This document shows positions 1 to 11,777 of a stretch of DNA of 64,000 nt, piece by piece (positions within the stretch are counted from its first letter, which is position 1; each line of letters starts with the position of its first letter). This DNA comes from Eledone cirrhosa. Lineage: Eukaryota. The stretch spans positions 125,116,001-125,180,000 of the forward strand of contig OZ024745.1 in NCBI GenBank assembly GCA_964016885.1. The letters are read 5' to 3'. A model generated the notes under the pieces. The model was not told where the DNA came from. It was given only the letters and a program-made list of their open reading frames with translations, and searched no databases. Position numbers and translations under genes: made by a program.

Positions 1-129
1 ATCTAGCTGGAACTCCACTTCATTGCATCTGTTTCAAAAGTATATTTAAACTCTTGAGCTTGGAAAGATAACGTAATTTGTTATGATAGTGGTAGACTTC
101 AACAGCGTGGTCACGGTCACCAACGTTAC

Positions 130-960
130 AAACACAATTGACTCTATTTAGCGTATGTTAAATGCCTTCAAATGATATAAAGGTTGTTTTTATTCCTCCT
201 CGATCAAATCCAACTAGAAATAACATTGCCTTTAGGGTTTTGGGCCTGAGAATTGTTTCATGAGATTGTCCGCCAACATGCACCCATTTTCATAACATAG
301 CTTTAGTCAGACTTTTTGAAACATTACCAGTGAGAATTTCCTTAAATATCTTATAAACTGCATAGAGATATTCTGACCTGTAGCACGTAAGCAACTGCAT
401 AGGGGGTACGTTAAATCTAGTTTTTCTGAAATGCCCCAAGTCAATAAAGTTCAATAGAACTAAAGGTTTGTTAGAATACGGCCATTAATTTCCGGGTTTT
501 CCAGACCATTTATGATGATTCACTAGCTTCCAGTTGGTAAGTATATTATTATAATGTAATACATGAATAACCAGTGAAACGAACATTATAACCGTATATT
601 TGGCATCCAATTTTATTTCAAATATTAATATAGTTCGATTACAAACTATATTATTATAATGTATTATTCGAATAGCTAGTATATGGAACACTATAACCGA
701 ATATTTAGCATTCAATTCTATTTTAAGTATTAATCTATTACGCTTATAACTATTCCTCCGTGATCTCCAAGTTATTCTTTCTTATGTATTTATAGATAGT
801 TTTGACCTAATTCGTTTATCTCCTTTCTTTACCTAACTTAATATAAGCGTTTTGTAAATTAAGCTGTGTTGCTGACATTTTCTGATGGTAGTTCCATGTT
901 AATTCCTCTAATGTATCCATGTTAAAATTGTTTAATGTTGCTTGCCATCCTCATATTCCA
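130..960 (-). mobile_element. Heavily decayed Penelope-like element reverse-transcriptase remnant
   Basis: Minus-strand fragments resemble PLE RT motifs in the expected order: KPGN*WRILT (compare HKPGNPGRPIVS) near 500-470, a V.SLY-like segment near 375, and MGA..LADNLM near 290-270. There are many stops and frameshifts. Confidence 0.35.
542..735. repeat. Diverged tandem duplication (about 105-bp period, 2 copies)
   Basis: TATATTATTATAATGTA...GAACA(T/C)TATAACCG(T/A)ATATTT(T/A)GCAT(C/T)CAATT occurs at about 542 and about 648. Confidence 0.7.
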
Positions 961-1074
961 ACATCACATCATAGATATACAAAAGAGGGCTAATTGTCCT
1001 CAAATAAAATTTATCTCGGTGTCTTTTATAGTTTGATCATTAAAAGGGAAAAGGTGTGCGGAGTGAAAGAAAGA

Positions 1075-1115
1075 GAAAGAGAGAGCGTGAGAGAAAGATA
1101 GAGAGAGAGACAGAC

Positions 1116-1189
<74 letters not shown>
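1075..1189. repeat. (GA)n microsatellite
   Basis: Read directly. Confidence 0.95.
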
Positions 1190-1191
<2 letters not shown>

Positions 1192-1654
1192 AAACAGTAA
1201 ATTCGAAATATTCCTTATAAAGGAGAGCTTCAATTTTTAATACTCTTGTGTTTGCACTTGGATATTATTTGTCATTTATTCATCTGATGAAGATACTAAA
1301 TGTACCTTTTTTATTATTGGTGCAACAATGTTCATGGATAACTTTATCTGAATCAACATATATATGAAGTTATCAAAGGCCCTGAAACAACCAAGCTGAA
1401 GAAGACTCAAAGCCTCTTTTGTACAAATTCAGTTTTATATACTGGATTTGTTTATCAATAAATGCGCATATTCTTATGTGTTTTACTTGTGTGCCGGTAT
1501 ATATGCCAGTGCTTGTATGCGTGTGTTGTATGTATGTGTGCCTGTGTGTGTATGTTTGTGAGTATCTAAGTGAATTTTGGTTTATCTAGCTCTCAATTAT
1601 TTACTGCAGTAATTGTTGTAGTTGAATATTCATGTTGTAAGCAAGTTGATTATG

Positions 1655-1803
1655 GAACTTTTGAGTTATAATCCCGCCAACATTAGGTTTGCTTTTCATC
1701 CATACCCGAAAATAATATAAATACCAGTCACGCACTGGGATCGATTTAATGAACTTTCCCCTCCATCTACATTGTTGATTTTGTGAGCAAATTAGAAACC
1801 ATT
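1655..1803 (+). mobile_element. tRNA-derived SINE, diverged 5'-truncated copy
   Basis: GAGTTATAATCCCGCC (B-box-like), GCTTTTCATCC, TACCAGT..GCACTGGGATCGATTTAAT and the AGAAACCATT end match the adjacent copies. Confidence 0.7.
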
Positions 1804-1805
1804 GT

Positions 1806-2034
1806 AGATTGGCAGAATCGGTAGAGAGTCGGACATCATGCTTTGCAGCATAGAGTTACAGCCCTTTATGATGTGAGTTCAAATCCCGCCGAGGTTAACT
1901 TTGCCTTTCATCCTTACGGGGTCGATAAAATAAAGTACCAGTAACGTACTGGGACCGATTTAATCGACTGCCCCTCGCCCCTCCCCCAAAATTACTGGCC
2001 TGGTGCCTATACTAGAAATCATTATTATTATTAT
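1806..2034 (+). mobile_element. tRNA-derived SINE (octopus OR-type), near full length
   Basis: A-box-like TGGCAGAATCGG, B-box GAGTTCAAATCC, core GCCTTTCATCCTTACGGGGTCGATAAAATAAAGTACCAG and an (ATT)n tail. More than 10 related copies occur in the window. Confidence 0.85.
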
Positions 2035-2044
2035 ACAATAAGAG

Positions 2045-2238
2045 CGGCGGATTGGCAGTATCGTTAGATTGTCGGATGTCATGCTTTGCAGCACTGAGTT
2101 ATGGCTTTTTACGTTCCGACTTCAAATCCCACCGAAGTTAATTTTGCCTTTCATCCTTTCAGGATCGATAAAATAAAGTACCAGTAATGCACTGAGATGA
2201 TTGCTGGCCTTGTGCCAAAAGTAGAAACAATTATTATT
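2045..2238 (+). mobile_element. tRNA-derived SINE, short subfamily (internal deletion before the tail)
   Basis: Same A/B boxes and core. Ends GGCCTTGTGCCAAAAGTAGAAACAATTATTATT. Confidence 0.85.
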
Positions 2239-2764
2239 CTTAGACAAATGCACCCTCGCTTCGTGTCGATCAGAGACAAAGTGTTTGTTTTTTTTAACAT
2301 TTTTTGTAGCTATGGTTACCTTTCTATTTAGGACACCTACCACAGCTTGAGGTCCACTACTCTATTAATATATTTTCTTACACTTCATTCGTTATTCTAA
2401 CTCTGCTGTTTCGTTTATCACACACATCATACCAGAATAAAATAATATTGTTCTGTTGCAAGATCCATTATTTTAAAATGTTACTTTCAATTAAATCGTG
2501 CTAAGCCATTTTGCTATTTTGAGAGCTGATGAGGGTGAATATGTGTGTATGTGTGTGTGTGAACTTGTCCTGTACATCGCCTATCTTTATATCTCTGTCA
2601 GTCTTTGCCTGTGCGCCTACTCACTTCTCCTTCTCTTCCTGCTCTTTTAATTGTCTATGTTTCGTCTGCCCGACGTCTACCTCGTAGAATATCTCTCTGC
2701 CGATTACTGGCCACTTGTCTCTGCCTTCTGGGGTATCTTCGTCTATCACTGTCTTTGACATCAT

Positions 2765-4304
2765 TTGGCTAAAAAAGAAGAGAAAAAAGCTAAGGCATTG
2801 AGGCAACTATTACCAACGCCTAACATCAACGTCACGATCACCACTTCCACCAACAACGCAACCACCACTACCATCACTACCACAACCACCACCATCGACA
2901 TCAACAAACACACAGTCACCACCATAAACACCCCAAACACAACCAAATCCACAACCACAACAACAACATCAAATCCAACAGAAAAATACAATCTACACAC
3001 CATACACAGCAATAAATGTGAACAACCAAAGTTTAATCCATTACATACAACATAACACAAACATTTCAGAAATACATCACATAACATACAAAGAATTAGC
3101 ACTGCCCACACACATAAAATTTATAAACATAGATAAAAATCTTACACAAATTTCAAATCAAAATTCCCTGACGCAATCCTTGAATACCGAAGTGCACTCT
3201 CTAGAAGGATATACGGAGACATACTTGCAAACGAACCCACATGTGACCAGGGGGACGAATCAACCGTCTTTCTCCCAAAAGACAAAGGTAGTTGGACTTT
3301 CCCAATTTTTCTTCATCGAACATGGCTTCATTCAAGATAGGCAGTGTAAATGCACGTCGCCTGGGATTGTATTGGAAGCAAGGTCACCTGCTCAACGACA
3401 TCAACTCTCTAAACATAGATGTGGTGGCCATCAGCAAGACAAGAATTTCCACCTCACAAACACTTGCACCCATCTTCGGTGGCTAAGAGGTGTACGCATC
3501 TCCAAGCCATCCCAGATCTGGGGGTGGAGTCCCTGTCCTATTTCGGGAAGGCCTGGATCTTGCAATACTGACCATCTTCCTGGATGAAGGATGAAGAAGG
3601 TAAATCGGTGGTGCTGGACGTAACCATCAGCGGAAGATATGATTTCAGGCTAGTGGCTGCCTATGTCCCGACAGGGGCAGGACGGTCTGATTTCTTCAGA
3701 CGCATTGAGATCATTCTTGGAACGATCCGCTCTTTAGTGTTTGTGTGGGACTGGAACGGTATCTTGGATGCACGATTGGACTGTACGGGACTAACTGATA
3801 GAGGAGGAGGGTGGAAATGCCTCGCAAACCTGCTCAGATGCTTGCAACTGTCTGACAGGTGCCGACTGGATTTTCTGAATGTGACAATGTGTACATGGAG
3901 AAACCGCATCGGATCATCCAGATTATATTTAGATAGGGTATTCTGTAGGGAAATAGATAAGTCTAGTATAAGTTGTCCACAATTCACAGTAGTCGATTAC
4001 ACAGACCACACATTATTTTTGTGTCGTCAATCTAGATAGGCTTCATAAACAGGGACCTGATTACTGGAAGCTAAAGGCATCATTCTCTGCGCGCAAAGAC
4101 ATCAAGGACTGGATCAGTATATTAGATAGGCAAGCGTTGACGGGAGACATCGTCAACAACAAATGGTGGTTCACCCTGAAGAGGGCTACTAGAACAGAAT
4201 CAATACGATTTATTAAGGCTGCAATGATAGAGAAAACTAGAATGGGGGAGATCTATTGTCTTTATTGTTTCTTTAATGTGAGCCCTGTGTGGCTAATAAA
4301 GAAA
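2765..4304 (+). mobile_element. L1/Tx1-clade non-LTR element, internally deleted (putative ORF1 tail + APE endonuclease + 3' end)
   Basis: APE motifs run across frameshifted ORFs 3322-4030: MASFKIGSVNARRL, DVVAISKTR, FRLVAAYVP, VWDWNGILD, LYLDRVF, YTDH. These are followed directly by the family 3' end TGTGGCTAATAAAGAAA (4287-4304), also seen at 10780, 53215 and 59582. The 5' boundary is uncertain. Confidence 0.8.
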
Positions 4305-4310
4305 TTACTA

Positions 4311-4995
4311 TTCTTGGAATCTCAGTCATTGATGTTATCTAATAGCAAATTTTGTTCCAATGAACATCAGGACGTATCGGAGGGTTCTTGCTGTTTCCAG
4401 CAAGCATGCCTTTTGAAGTGTTAAACAGGGGGGGGGGGGGGGGGCTGAACTAATTTTCTTTAACCTTCCTTGAAAACTCTTCCAGATATTACCTTGTGCT
4501 CAGATGACAATCGGGAAGACTTTGATATCATGACAGTCACAAATCCTTTTTAATTCATACTTTAAATGCTGGTATCGGTTAATTTTCTTCTCCTTTCTTG
4601 CACTCTTCTGTCAATGGGGCAGGCTACATCAGGCTACAATCATGCACGATCTCTTTTCCTTGTCAAAAACCATCAGGTCAGGCCTGTTGTGTTCTAATTT
4701 CTTGTCTGTTTGTGTATCCAGAAATCCCATAGCACCTTCACTTGATCGTTTTCTATCACCGACTCTGGCTTATGCTCATACCATTTCTCAGTATGTGGTA
4801 AATTATTTAGTTTGCATAGATGCCAGTGAATCTTCTTTCCTATCATATCATGCCTTCAGTCATTATAGTGAGTCTGGGCTAGGTGTTTACACTCAGATAA
4901 AATGTGAGCCACAGTCTTCTCTCTCCCTCCACAGATCCTACACAGTGACTAGCCTCCTCCTTGTCAATATAGTGAATCACCCACTTCGTTCTGTG
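4311..4995 (-). mobile_element. R4/Dong-type RLE non-LTR retrotransposon, decayed 3' fragment
   Basis: Collinear with 49807-50510: remnants of RPDLMV, IVIxAQG and ACLLETARTLRYVL, plus the CTCAGTCATTGATG 3' UTR. Confidence 0.85.
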
Positions 4996-5528
4996 CTTTA
5001 TTATTACTCTTATCTGTTTGACTATAGAGAACGTATTGGAAGTGGACAGATTCATTTTATATTTTATCCGTGTTGTAAATGCCTGATGTGTCGAAATATA
5101 TTTCAACATCTCATTAAAAGGTTATAGTTTGTTTATTATCCGTTTCAAAAGAACTGTTACATTTTTAAGTAGATACATGGTATTTGTTGAGGGTTAATAA
5201 AGAAAATATGTTATTGATGATTATGATTTGTAACATGCAACCGTTTCGATTAGAAGACATAGCTACTGAGTGAAGCCCGGTTGATTAGAATACTTCTGAA
5301 GGTAGTTAAGTAACTTATAATATATGAAGTCTGACATATTTCAGTATGTTTCGGAAAAGATCAGTAGAATATAGATAAGAAATATAATAAGTTACTTTCA
5401 TCTCTGAAACTACAAGACATTATTATAACAATGTTAATAACCGTGCTGTTAGAATCTGTGCTGTTATGGTGGAGACAACGTTTTGCCGAGTACAGAATGA
5501 TTGCATTTCAACAATGAGCAATAACGTG

Positions 5529-5533
5529 TGTAC

Positions 5534-5569
<36 letters not shown>

Positions 5570-5829
5570 ATGTGTGTGTGTGTGCGTGTGTGTGTATATG
5601 CATATATATATATGCATGTATGTGTGTATATATTTGTATTTGAGTGTAGTGTTTGTGTGTATATATATATATACATACATACACACACATATATATATAT
5701 ATATATATATGTGGGTGTGTGTGTGTGCGTGTGTGTGTATATGCATATATATATATGCATGTATGTGTGTATATATTTGTATTTGAGTGTAGTGTTTGTG
5801 TGTATATATATATATACATACATACACAC

Positions 5830-5860
<31 letters not shown>

Positions 5861-5962
5861 CGTGTGTGTGTGTGCGTGTGTGTGTATATGCATATATATA
5901 TATATGCATGTATGTGTGTATATATTTGTATTTGAGTGTAGTGTTTGTGTATATATATATAT
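5529..5962. repeat. Compound TA/TG microsatellite triplicated as a roughly 145-bp higher-order unit
   Basis: The anchor TATGCATGTATGTGTGTATATATTTGTATTTGAGTGTAGTGTTTGTG recurs at about 5611, 5753 and 5903. Confidence 0.85.
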
Positions 5963-6693
5963 GCGTACTTGATTGTGAAAAGAAACCCTAAAAATGATTA
6001 GCTATTAATGTTATTATGGCTAGTCTTAAGTTCTCAGTTGCATTCATATAAGAAAGAAGATTGTTACTACCGAATTTTCATGACTTAATAAAAGAGTGTT
6101 GACAGATGTTATCCTCAAAAGTTCCGCTGTAAGTTAGAATAATGCTGCATCATAAACACAATAGAGATCAATAGCAGGCCCTCAGATAGTTTTGAATGAA
6201 ACATGATGTTCTTTCATCCTTCTCATCAATTATTCTTTCTGATGTTTCTCAAACACGACAGGAAATAAGAAAACAGGTAGACATCTCTCTGAAAACATCT
6301 TCAAGTTAAGTAAACAACCCTTAGAAAGATTTTGGACAAAACATAGAAATGTAAAAAAACAAAATCAAGTAAATTATTCCCTAGATTAACACAACGTTTG
6401 GAAACCATAATTTCGTCTTCTATTTATGTATACAATAGTGAGTTGAAATACTGATTCAATAATTGAAGATAAATATCGAGATAAAAAACTTCAATCTAGT
6501 TTCAGCCAATGAAAATGTAATTATTTATTTAGAACAACTTGATTATTGCACAATTAAGAATCGAAGTATTGAGGTTTGCTACTCAGATACTATTTTAGTA
6601 AGCAATGCTTTTCATATTCAGCAGTCTAACTTAGAATAATCTTCAATCTATACAGGGCATAAGTATATTAATATTTATACATAAGTCTAATGG

Positions 6694-6696
<3 letters not shown>

Positions 6697-6755
<59 letters not shown>

Positions 6756-6815
6756 TAAAGAAACGAAAAATCAGTGATGCGTATGGAAGCACCATAGCTA
6801 CCATTATACACACGT

Positions 6816-6858
<43 letters not shown>

Positions 6859-6867
6859 TATATATAG

Positions 6868-6902
<35 letters not shown>

Positions 6903-7097
6903 GATATAGATATATATATATATATAGATATAGATATATATAGATATATATATATATATATATATGTATATATGCATATATATGTATGTATATATTCGTA
7001 TATATGTATGTATGTATGTATTTATGTATGAATATAAGTATGTATGTATGTATTTATGTATGTATTTATGTGTGTATCTATGTATGTATTTATATAA
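6697..7097. repeat. (TA)n/(TAGA)/(TATG) microsatellites containing a 60-bp fragment of the repeat family also at 57108-57220
   Basis: GTATAAAGAAACGAAAAATCAGTGATGC (6753) matches about 57193. GGAAGCACCATAGCTACCA is the reverse complement of about 57120-57138. Confidence 0.8.
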
Positions 7098-7545
7098 GTC
7101 GCATGGTCGGGTCGTCGGCGACTAAACCGGCAACGCCACCAAGTTTACCTGGTGAGGAGGGTGATTTGGGACACCCTGCAGGACAAAAAACGAAACCTGA
7201 CAAAGGGCGGAAGAACTCATAAGAGTCTACGGCCATCCAAAAGTGTATAAATATATATATACATATGTACATATGTAAGTATATGCGCGGGGACATAGGA
7301 ATAGTCGTGCTGGACACCTGATCGCGCGGTTAAACCACTGGTAGTGAAGGACCCCTAGCCTTTATCAGGGCATTCTTCTAGGGGAAAGCAACTCAGGAAA
7401 CTGGGATAACTCCGATATAAAACCTGCGACTCAGTAGTTACCGATGATGTTAATATTTTCTTCTTCTCGGGTCATAGCTCACTGCACAGTCTTTCCTCAC
7501 TTTAAAAAATATCTTCACGCACAGGCATTGCATGATAGCATTAAT
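7098..7545 (+). mobile_element. GC-rich interspersed repeat resembling an RTE-clade 5' UTR (non-coding derivative)
   Basis: Abrupt GC-rich island inside microsatellite, with hairpin CCTG-GTGAGG-AGGGTG...CACCCT-G-CAGG. CAGGGCATTCTTCTAGGGGAAAGCAACTC recalls RTE 5' UTRs (from memory, not searched). Confidence 0.4.
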
Positions 7546-7679
7546 TAATAATTATTAATAATGGTATACCGTGCAATGGCCATACTCGATAACGAGGGTG
7601 TATCCATCATTTATATTAGTATGAATGTATGTATGATGTATGTATATGTTTATGTATATATGTATGTATCTCTTTCTCT

Positions 7680-9205
7680 TAATTTCGAGAATATTTTTGA
7701 CCGGCCACCTTCATGGCGGCAAGGTTGTAAACGAAAAGAAATTGTCATCCCTTGAATCGCAAAAATGTTTTGCAAAGTTTGAAGGTGCCAGCTGTCGCAG
7801 CCATTTGTAATCTATGAATTAGGGAACTGCGCTTTTTGTCCACAAATCTGTGTTCAGTAATACTTTGGTCCAAGCGGGTTGGTATATAACCTTAATCTCC
7901 GATAGCGATGGGTATGAAGCTGAAGGTGTATCTTGGATACTGGATCTGCAAACTCCTTATCAATGGTCCGTAAATGTCCTCCTTCTCTTGTATTTTTCTT
8001 ACAACATTTACATCAAGTGGGCAGCTGATCTCTTCAACAGAGCACGTTTTCAATGTGTCGTCCCAAACAACAATATCAGGTCGGTTGTGATTTAATCTTG
8101 TGGCAATTTTTATTTTCCGGTTCCACCAGAATTCTTTAGTGCCATGTATCTCAACATATTCCTCCTCATTTATTTTTAATTTTTTCTTCCTAAGTGCGTT
8201 CCAGATGGTTCTATCTATCACATCTTGTCTCAGAGGAAGGTAGTAGCGAGATGACATTCTTTTGCAATGTGACTTACAACTTCGATCTTTGTGTTACATA
8301 GCCTATATTTATTGTCGACTGATGGCCCTCCTCTTTTGTGTAGCAGATATTTGCAGGATTTCTTGTTCCTGTATTGCATAGACATATCCTTCAATGTGCG
8401 ATCTCATAAACTTTTCCGAACTCCATGCCAGGCTTTTTGAATGATTTATCCCCTCTATGGTCTGTGTTTTTAGTCTCAGATACCCATACACAACGTTCTC
8501 TGTAAATTGGTCCGTTTTCCATCTTGTTCGAACATTAAACAGGATCCTCCAATTTACCTGGGAGAGAGATTTATATCAGGTCTTATTCCATATCTCTCCT
8601 CCAGATCAGTGGCTATCCTAATGATAGTATTTCCTTCATGCTCATAACATCGGCAAGACCTTTTTCTTCTGATGAAGATGTTGCTTCAGTGTTCTATTCT
8701 GGTCTTCTATGATGTTAATATGGATCTTAGATCCCGGCCACATTCCTTGCGTGAGACGTTTAGCCTATCTACGTCATCATTGATGTTAAAGTTTCCAGTA
8801 AAACTCAGAAGCTTGCAAGTTCTTACATCCATCTCACTTAGTTCTAGCAATGACCAGTTCAGCAGGCCAAATGTTCGCGTTAGGATTGGCACAGCATAAG
8901 TATTGTGGGCAATGTATTTGTTGCACCCTGATAGTTCTGATGACCATATTTTCTTTACTCTCCTGAGGTATTCAGTTCTGGTTCTCTCTTCATTTATGGG
9001 TCCATCATATCTGACATTCTTATCCTGTCCAAGATATCTGTAGTTGTTATCCGACTGTAGAGGTATTTTCAAGACGTTCATCTCTAGATTCCCAGAGGAT
9101 TGCACAGCCCTTGCACGTTTTATTGTCAAATATGCACATTTGGACTCACCAAATTCCATTCTGATGTCTGCAGAAAATTGTGTAATGAGATCAAAGTATT
9201 TGTTG
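7680..9205 (-). mobile_element. Second R4-clade RLE non-LTR family, 5'-truncated and decayed
   Basis: ORF pieces: MEFGESKC..YRYLG..EYLRRVKKIWSSELS..DVDRL..GRDLRS (RT thumb region), EGYVYAIQEQEI, RYYLPLRQD (RHD-like), HNRPDIVVWD..EISCP..KE..Y (PD-(D/E)xK nuclease) and IPIAIG. Confidence 0.9.
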
Positions 9206-9897
9206 ATAAAGTACGTTCATGCTTTCGCAATCTTCAGGTTCATAATGTGTGGTGAAAGTCAAATTTGCAATTTTCAACTGTTAAGTACTTGTTCAATTAA
9301 CACTTAACATTTAATATTCTATCATACTATTTCATTATAATACCATTATAAATTTTAAAGGATTGTAAATAAAACGAGTAAATCAGACAAAGTTGAAATT
9401 CCTCTACTTAATATAATCTTCTATACACACCCGTGTATATTTATCTATCTATCTATCTATATATCTATATATATATACATACATATATTTTAATATATAT
9501 ATATATATATATGTATACATATATATAAATATATATATATGAAGACTTACATATGCGTTAATTATACATATACATATGCATATATTAAAATGTATTTGCC
9601 AGCAATATCTATGTATAGAATGTATATACACAAATCAATGTAAACTGTATTTTGTTGAGATTTGTACTGTTTGTGTTTGATTCTATAATTTCTATGTATG
9701 CCCCTGTGTACTATTTAGTCCACATATACATTTCTTTGGATCTCTCTCCATCAAAGACTTGTTTTCAAATAATTCAACTGTTTGAAAGTAGACAGGTGTT
9801 CCGCTTGCAAAATAAATGCATTAACAATATTGTTGAATGCCTTTTGTCCACCAGCTTAAATCTTTTATACAAGTTATGGACAATTTTTTCCGGACTA

Positions 9898-9928
<31 letters not shown>

Positions 9929-10796
9929 AGAGGATTAGTGGAGGGGAAGAGCGACGACGTACTTGGGGAAACTCTAGGCGTCGACGAAAATCAACTAGCC
10001 AATCTCTTCGGAAGAACTTTCGGGCCAGGGCCTATGGACAACTTCCAGAAATCTCTGGCCTGGCAGTGCTACCGAGGAGCCTTGCCATTTCGGGATAAAC
10101 CCTACAGGCATGGAGGTGCCGTCAGCCGGGCATGTCCGAGATGCGCGCAGGGCGACGAAACCGTCCTGCACGCACTCGTCCAGTGTCCGAAAATTGCTGA
10201 CTTGTGGGTTTATGTCGAACACCTGCTGTCGCGTTTAGGACGGATCCGGCTATCATCTGAGTCCATCGTGAGGATTGCCCCGCCCTCCTCCTTTAGCCGG
10301 GAAGGGCAGGCAGTTTTTATCTGCCTGGTGGCCATGGCAAAAGAGATAGTATGGTGGACACGTTTGAAAGGGCTGAAGACGAGCACTTACCTCTTCGGTG
10401 ATGCTCTGATTGACTTTTTCAAATTTCATTTGAAAAGGAAAATCAGAGTAGAGAGGGAAGTGCTCTCTTCCCAGCATTTTGTTGAAAGATGGGTGAGAGA
10501 AGCAAGAATGGCCCGAGTGAATGGGCCTACTCTGAGCATATATCTGTAAATTAAAGGTGGAAAACTGGGAGAGGGCACTTGCCTTGGTGGTCAGGGTCAT
10601 TGTGGCTTTTTACTGGGCTTTCTCCACAAATGTCCCTCCGCAGTCTCCCCCCTATTGGGGAATTTTTCATTGTTATTTTTGTTACATCCTCTGTTTTTGT
10701 TTTTTACACGCAGAAATGCCCATTTGTACCGTCCTGCATTGTCCTGCACTGTCCTTAATGTCTACTTTATGTAAACCCTTGTGGTTAATAAAGAAA

Positions 10797-10798
<2 letters not shown>
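9929..10798 (+). mobile_element. L1/Tx1-clade non-LTR element, 5'-truncated (ORF2 C-terminus + 3' UTR)
   Basis: Open 203-aa frame at 9938-10549 with the L1-type zinc finger CPRC..DETVLHALVQC. The 3' UTR ends CCCTTGTGGTTAATAAAGAAATC, and (TTA)n flanks both sides. Confidence 0.9.
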
Positions 10799-10854
<56 letters not shown>

Positions 10855-10856
<2 letters not shown>

Positions 10857-11340
10857 TTTGAGTCTCAGTCATTGATGTTAGTTAACTGGAAAGTTTGTTG
10901 AAATGAATATCAAGCCACTACCTGCAGCCTCAGATATTCAGGACGTATCGGAGGGTTCTTGCTGTTCCCAGCAAGCATGCCTTTTGCAGCGTTCCAAAAA
11001 GCGGTGCGGGGCCAATTTTCTTTAATCATCCCTGGACACTTTTTGAGATAGTACCTAGTGCACCTATGACAATCGGGACCACTTTGACTTCATGGCAGTT
11101 CCAAATCCTTTTTACCTCCCACTTTAAGTCCTGGTATCGGTTAATTTTCTCCCTCTCCTTCTCTTGCACTCTCGTGTCGAATGGGCAGGCCACATCCACA
11201 ATCAGGCACGATCTTTTTTCTTTGTCCAAAACCACCAGGTCAGGTCTATTGTGTTCCAGTTTCTTGTCCGTCTGTATCCTAAAATCCCACAGCACCTTCA
11301 CCTGATCGTTTTCTATCACCGACTCTGGCTTATGTTCATA
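10855..11340 (-). mobile_element. R4/Dong-type RLE element, 3' fragment
   Basis: ORF 11026-11319: VLWDFRIQTDKKLEHNRPDLVVLDK..IVDVACP..EKINRYQDL..VVPIVIGALG. (TTA)n flanks both sides. Confidence 0.92.
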
Positions 11341-11703
11341 TTATTATTATTATTATTATTATTAATATTATTATTATTATGTATGTTTGAATACAATTTT
11401 ACTGTTCTCTGTTTATTGCTATCACCATTTTGTCTATTTCACTTACTATTGTCGGATAAGGTCTCACCATCACTGCTGATGATGATGATGAATAATGTAG
11501 TCGGTAATGAGTTTCTTTTTGATATATGTAATGATCACAACTACGATGACAGTGATATAGGCTGAGTGAAGTATATTTCTTTCTTGTTTGTTCAGTCATT
11601 TTTGAGAATGTCGGTTAAATTTCAGAAAAAAACTGAATTCTAATGAATTTAGTAACAGTATTGAGGTCTTCCATTCGCCCAGGTCATAATATGCGCTGAT
11701 GTA

Positions 11704-11777
11704 TTCTTCTTCTTCTTCTTCTTCTTCTTCTTCTTCTTCTTCTTCTTCTTCTTCTTCTTCTTCTTCTTCTTCTTCTT
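11704..11777. repeat. (TTC)n microsatellite, probable (GAA)n tail of the adjacent RTE fragment
   Basis: Read directly. Confidence 0.9.

Noticed and set aside
542-735. CRISPR-like repeat-spacer array
   Set aside because: Only two diverged tandem units, in eukaryotic repeat-rich DNA with no cas genes. No array was seen anywhere in the window.
1281-1390. CTGATGAAG...CCTGAAAC possible long-loop hammerhead, plus CTGATGAG at 2526 and CTGATGAAG at 58958
   Set aside because: Could not assemble convincing stems I and III. At most these are decayed or truncated PLE termini.
1806-1895. tRNA gene
   Set aside because: The A/B boxes belong to a SINE head. There is no cloverleaf, and the sequence continues into the SINE core and tail.
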